Source: Phyllosticta citribraziliensis
Taxonomy: Eukaryota
Length of the DNA: 64,000 nt
Direction of reading: 5' to 3'
NCBI RefSeq assembly: GCF_038025025.1
Contig: NW_027117338.1
Span: 2,232,001 to 2,296,000, forward strand
Shown one piece after another: positions 62,475 to 64,000 of this stretch. Made by a program: the position numbers and the translations under genes. Numbering within the stretch: the first letter of the stretch is position 1; the number at the start of each line of letters is the position of its first letter. The notes beneath the pieces are model-generated. The model was not told where the DNA came from, did no database searches, and worked only from the letters and a program-made list of their open reading frames with translations.

Positions 62475-64000
62475 ATGTCGCCAAATACACCGTCCTACAC
62501 ATACCTCAAGAAGCCCTCACCCGCTTCTCAGAGCAACAGCACCTCCTCCAACGCGTCCGTCGCGACCATCGTCTCCAACGTAATCGACGACGTGCGCGCC
62601 CGCGGCGACGCCGCCGTCCGCGCCTACTCGCAGAAATTCGACAAGTGGGACCCGCCGACAGGCTTTAAGCTGAGCGCGGCGCAGATCGAAGCAGCAATTG
62701 CGGCGTGTCCGACGCAGCTGATTGACGACATCAAAACGGTGCAGGCGAATGTGAGGAGGTTTGCGCAGGCGCAGAGGGAGTCGTTGCGCGACTTTGAGAT
62801 CGAGACGCAGCCGGGGGTCAGGTTGGGGCAGAAGAACGTTCCGGTTGAGAGTGTGGGAGCGTAGGTCATGCCTCTTCTATTTCTCTAGTAGTATTTCTCT
62901 TGGTCTCTGCTTGTTTCTGGTGGTTTCATGATACTTCTCCCCCTGGAGGTCATTTGGTGCACGGCAGAGCTGGCGGGTTTGGTCAGACTCACTTGATAAC
63001 AACACCTCAGATACGTCCCTGGCGGTCGGTACCCGCTGCTCGCCAGCGCGCACATGACGATTCTGACGGCGCGCGTCGCGGGCGTCAAAAACGTCGTTGG
63101 CGCTACGCCGCCCATCGCTGGCGAAGTCCCCAATGCCACGGTGGCCGCCATGCACCTGGCGGGCGCCGACGAGATCTACCTGCTGGGCGGTGTACAGGCT
63201 ATCGCCGCCATGGCCATTGGCACTGAGACGATCAAGAAGGTCGACTTCCTCGCGGGTCCGGGTACGTTGATTTCCGGTTTGGTAGAACAAGTGGTTGTCC
63301 ATCCTGGGGAAGCCCAGCCCCTGAACGAAGACTGACACACGTCGCAACCAACAGGCAACGCCTTCGTCGCCGAAGCCAAACGCCAGCTCTTCGGCAGCGT
63401 AGGCATCGACCTCTTCGCCGGGCCCACCGAGATCCTCATCGTCGCCGACGACACAGCATCCCCGCAGACGGTCGCCGTCGACATACTCTCGCAAGCCGAG
63501 CACGGGCCGGACTCGCCCGCCGTAATCATCACGACGAGCGAGGCCGTCGGGCGCCGCGCCGTCCAGCTCATCGACGAGCTGCTCGCGGACCTGCCCACGG
63601 CCGAGCTGGCCGGCGCCAGCTGGCGCGACTGGGGCGAGTGCGTCGTCGTGCCCACGCTCGACGACGCGTGGCGCCTCGCCGACCGCTACGCCAGCGAGCA
63701 CGTGCAGATTCTGACCGAGAACCCGCGCGAGGCGCTGGACAGGATGCGCAATTATGGCGCCCTGTTCTTGGGCGAGATGACGTGCGTGTCGTATGGCGAC
63801 AAGGTTATTGGCACCAACCACGTCCTCCCCACGCGCGGCGCCGCCCGCTACACCGGCGGTCTGTGGGTGGGCAAGTATCTCAAGACGGTCACGTATCAGG
63901 AGGTTGTTGACCCCCGGGCAAGCGGCGAGCTGGGTCGGCTGTGCGGGCGCGCCGCGCGAGCGGAACGCTTCGAGGGGCATGCGCGCTCGGGAGACTTGCG
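62475..64000 (+). CDS. Standalone histidinol dehydrogenase-family enzyme (HisD2 / HpsN-like), runs off the window end
   Basis: [98 protein letters not shown] and EGHARS. Exons 62475-62860, 63011-63261, 63355->64000. Confidence 0.92.

Overview
Eukaryotic DNA from a filamentous ascomycete fungus (Pezizomycotina, Dothideomycete-like), inferred from short GT-AG introns with CTRAC branch points and the fungal orthologue types present. About 22 protein-coding loci can be supported. Housekeeping genes: a Kin4-type kinase, mitochondrial glutamyl-tRNA synthetase, Atg16, an Xdj1/Mas5-type DnaJ, mitochondrial uL4, an EamA/DMT transporter, Arp2, a Yox1-type homeobox factor, Erv41, the glutamate-cysteine ligase modifier subunit, AP-1 sigma and Maf1. 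Metabolic or accessory genes: a degenerate Fe-ADH-family protein, an AKR7-type reductase, a flavin amine oxidase, a secreted GH127-like glycosidase and a standalone bacterial-type HisD/HpsN-like dehydrogenase that runs off the right end. There are also several orphan or hydrophilic ORFs, two decayed F-box-like paralogues and a microsatellite-rich gene desert at about 22-34 kb. No tRNA, rRNA, CRISPR array or recognisable transposase was seen. The most notable observations are a DnaJ start codon that exists only after splicing (A|TG), the intron-containing standalone HpsN/HisD-like gene, a probable Fe-ADH pseudoenzyme, a GC-AG intron in ERV41, and cell-cycle signatures (MCB and forkhead sites, KEN box, D-box) at the Yox1-like locus. 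I found no clearly novel multi-gene system. All exon models were built by eye and family calls come from motif recognition, not database searches.
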